DNA from: Eledone cirrhosa
Lineage: Eukaryota
DNA length: 64,000 nucleotides
Reading direction: 5' to 3'
Assembly: GCA_964016885.1 (NCBI GenBank)
Contig: OZ024745.1
Location: 88,474,001 to 88,538,000, forward strand
A program made the translations under genes and the position numbers. The notes below the pieces were generated by a model, which was not told the DNA's origin, made no database searches, and worked only from the letters and a program-made list of their open reading frames with translations. This document shows, piece by piece, positions 60,860-64,000 of this stretch (within the stretch, counting starts at the first letter, position 1; each line of letters opens with the position of its first letter).

Positions 60860-62785
60860 TATACATACACTTACATACATAAATATACACACATAAAACA
60901 CATATACACACAAACATATATATATATATATACACATACACATACATATACACACATACAAACAAATATATACACATACAAATAAATAGGTACTCAATAA
61001 ATATACGCATATACGCAGGCACATAAAGACACCTCTACAGGCAAAAAAATGTAGATACGAAAGAGGTACTCACATAACCATAGTGGCCGTATTTCAAGTT
61101 GAGGAGGGGTGGGGGTAGGGTGGGGAGGAGGTATAGGGGCCAATAGGGGGAGGTCGTTTTTAGCCATCGGGCTTTAACACTGGCTTAAAGTGTTTGAAAG
61201 TTGCAAAGTTCTTGTGCATGCAGTTCGGGCAGTGTTCAGAGAGTTTGCTCAGTAGCGGGCCCTTGGCGAATAAAATTTCGTAGCTCTCTGAAATACAAAG
61301 GTCGCAGCCCTTGTGTCCTCCGTTGTAAGAGCGCGCTTTCTGGAGTATTTTCCATTTAGGCGTGAAGGGGGTGGAGTTCCTTTTGAGGTCCCAAACGTAG
61401 GAGGCGAGTGTTGTCTGATTTGATTTATCCGGTCTTCTGAAGGAGTGGGTATGGGCATACCAACGGGTCTTAAAGTTGTTGGAGGTCATGCCGATGTAAG
61501 TTTTTTTGCAATCCTCGGTGCCTGAGATGACATCGCATTTGTATACGATGTCATTTGTGAGGCATTTGTTTTCAAGTGGGCATGCTTCCTTATTTAGGCA
61601 ATTACATAGAGCCCCAGTCCGGGGATTGGTTTCGGGGGTGGTTGGCTTATTTAATTTAGAATTGTGGTTGGCTATATTCCTAGCTAGGTTAGGTGTGGTG
61701 GAGTAAGACAGTCTTATAGTGTTCTTATTAAAGATGGTGTAGTACCTATGTTGTATGGGGAAGTGTAATTTCAGTAAAGTGAAGAAAATCCTAGCTATCG
61801 GAGTAGATACCTCTCTATTGAAGGGAGGGTTGTACCAGCTAATCTGCCTATGTCTATTCCTCCTCTGCAATCTTGCGGTGGTTTCTCGGTAAGTTATCTT
61901 ATCTTTAAATCCGCTACGGGCGAGGGCGTCATTGTAGTAGGAGGCAGATGCATTAAAAATATCTTTGTTAGGGGGAGAGGCCAGATATTCTAATAGAGAC
62001 GCTTTTTACTAGGTTATCAGTGATGTTTTGGGGGTGGTTTGAATTAACATTAATATATTTAAGGGACTCGTTAGGTTTGTGGTACGGGTAATAGAGGGAA
62101 GTATCTAGGTCGAGAGTGACATCTAAGAAGTTGGCCCTAGTCAAATTAGAATCTATAGTTATACTAAATCCTAGATTAGAGAAGAAAGAGCTTAAGTTTT
62201 TCCGAAACCCATCGGTGGTTCTGGGGTCAACCTTATGCAGGGCGAAGAGGCCGTCGTCTCGGTATAAACCTCCCGTTAGGCCGGTAAAGAGGTTCCTCAG
62301 GTTATGGAGGATGTACAGGCCCACAAGGTCGCTAATTTCAGCCGAGTCACTCGCCCCCATGCTAACGTCAAATGGGGTCTGAGATTTCTTGTTGATCCAG
62401 TAAGATCCATCGTGGTATAGAAAGGTCTTACGAGCGTGGAGGATAATAACTTGCTCAGCATCGGTAATGGTGGTAAAATTCCTGGCAAAGTTAATTGCGT
62501 CCTTCAGGAGGGGCTCCGAGATAGAGGCATAGTAGTTTTCTATGTCGAGTTGCAGGAAGCGAGTGTGGTGTTTATCGGGTAATTCTTGGAACCATGATAT
62601 TGCCTCAGATGTTCTACTCCAGAGTGGAAGTGGTGAGGCTGCCCGCAATGATGGTAGAACTCTATCCAGGATCTTCTTACTGATAGAGCCTATGTCAGAA
62701 CGAGTGGGGTTGATAAGTCTGACTGATGGTTTCTTGAGGAAATTTCCCTTATGGTCCTTCAGGGTAAAGTGCGGGGTCTTTACTT
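60860..62785 (-). mobile_element. Second copy of the young Naiad family, inverted, 5'-truncated
   Basis: ORFs 61968-62648 and 61160-61870 are near-identical to 55280-56898; one frameshift. Confidence 0.92.
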
Positions 62786-63030
62786 TTATGTGTGTATATT
62801 TATGTATGTATGTGTATGTATATATGTGTATATATATGTTTATTATATATGTATGTGTATTATATATTATGTGTGTATATTTATGTATGTATGTGTATGT
62901 ATATATGTGTATATATATGTGTATATATATGTATATATATATATGTGTGTATATATGTGTATGTGTATGTATGTATGTATGTATGTATGTGTATGTGTAT
63001 GTATATATGTATGTTTATATGTATATGTAT

Positions 63031-63096
<66 letters not shown>

Positions 63097-63105
63097 ATGT
63101 GTGTA

Positions 63106-63144
<39 letters not shown>

Positions 63145-63314
63145 GTATATATGTGTGTATATATGCGTTATATGTCTGTATATATATATGTGTATGCGTG
63201 TGTATATATATATATATATATGTGTGTGTATATATGCGTTATATGTCTGTATATATATATGTGTATACTTATGTATAGGTCTGTGTATGTGTGTGTATAT
63301 TTGTATATATATGG

Positions 63315-63348
<34 letters not shown>

Positions 63349-63487
63349 TTATACATATGCATATGTATGTGTGTGTGTGTGTATATGTGTGTGCGTGAAT
63401 ATATATGTGTGTGTATATGTATGTATATATATATATATATGTATGTATGTGTGTGTGTATGTGTATATGTGTGTGTGTATGTGTGTG

Positions 63488-63534
<47 letters not shown>

Positions 63535-63595
63535 ATACATACGTATATATATATATATTTATATATATGTGTATATGTATGTTAGTATGTATGTT

Positions 63596-63672
<77 letters not shown>

Positions 63673-63777
63673 ATATGTATGTATATCTGTGTATATTTTT
63701 ATATATATATATTTATGTATGTATATATATGTATATATGTATGGTGCTTTTTCCTTATATATGTGTATATGTGTGTG

Positions 63778-63830
<53 letters not shown>

Positions 63831-63877
63831 GTGCGTATGTATGTATGTGTGTGTGTTTGTATGTGTATATATTTGTT

Positions 63878-63962
<85 letters not shown>

Positions 63963-64000
63963 GAATATATATATATATGTATATGTGTATATATATGTGT
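62786..64000 (+). repeat. Compound TA/TG microsatellite, an inverted copy of the Naiad 3' UTR
   Basis: Landmarks gcgttatatgtctgta, gtataggtctgtg and atggtgctttttcctta recur at 58620-58670 or, reversed, at 53695-54400. Confidence 0.7.

Overview
This is AT-rich, microsatellite-saturated eukaryotic DNA with no recognisable host gene. The SINE, RTE and microsatellite content suggests an octopod cephalopod (inference). The window is a nest of microsatellite-associated retroelements. (i) Six R4/Dong-type RLE non-LTR copies from two families are stacked in (TAA)n at 6.4-23.2 kb, with an antisense L1/Tx1-like 3' fragment among them. (ii) Many Penelope-like elements (mostly Naiad-type, plus one other clade) and their solo or inverted termini sit in (TA)n, most carrying a minimal type I hammerhead ribozyme (HHR). 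(iii) There is one decayed near-full-length RTE LINE and six tRNA-derived SINEs. The standout is a (TA)n-flanked array of 13.1 apparently identical 465-bp units at 46103-52214. Each unit carries an intact minimal type I hammerhead with a long extended stem I and is extensively self-complementary. This fits a retrozyme or viroid-like circular RNA copied by rolling-circle reverse transcription, plausibly by the neighbouring young Naiad family, whose 3' UTR itself carries kilobases of TA/TG microsatellite. Coordinates were read by eye and may be off by a few bases.
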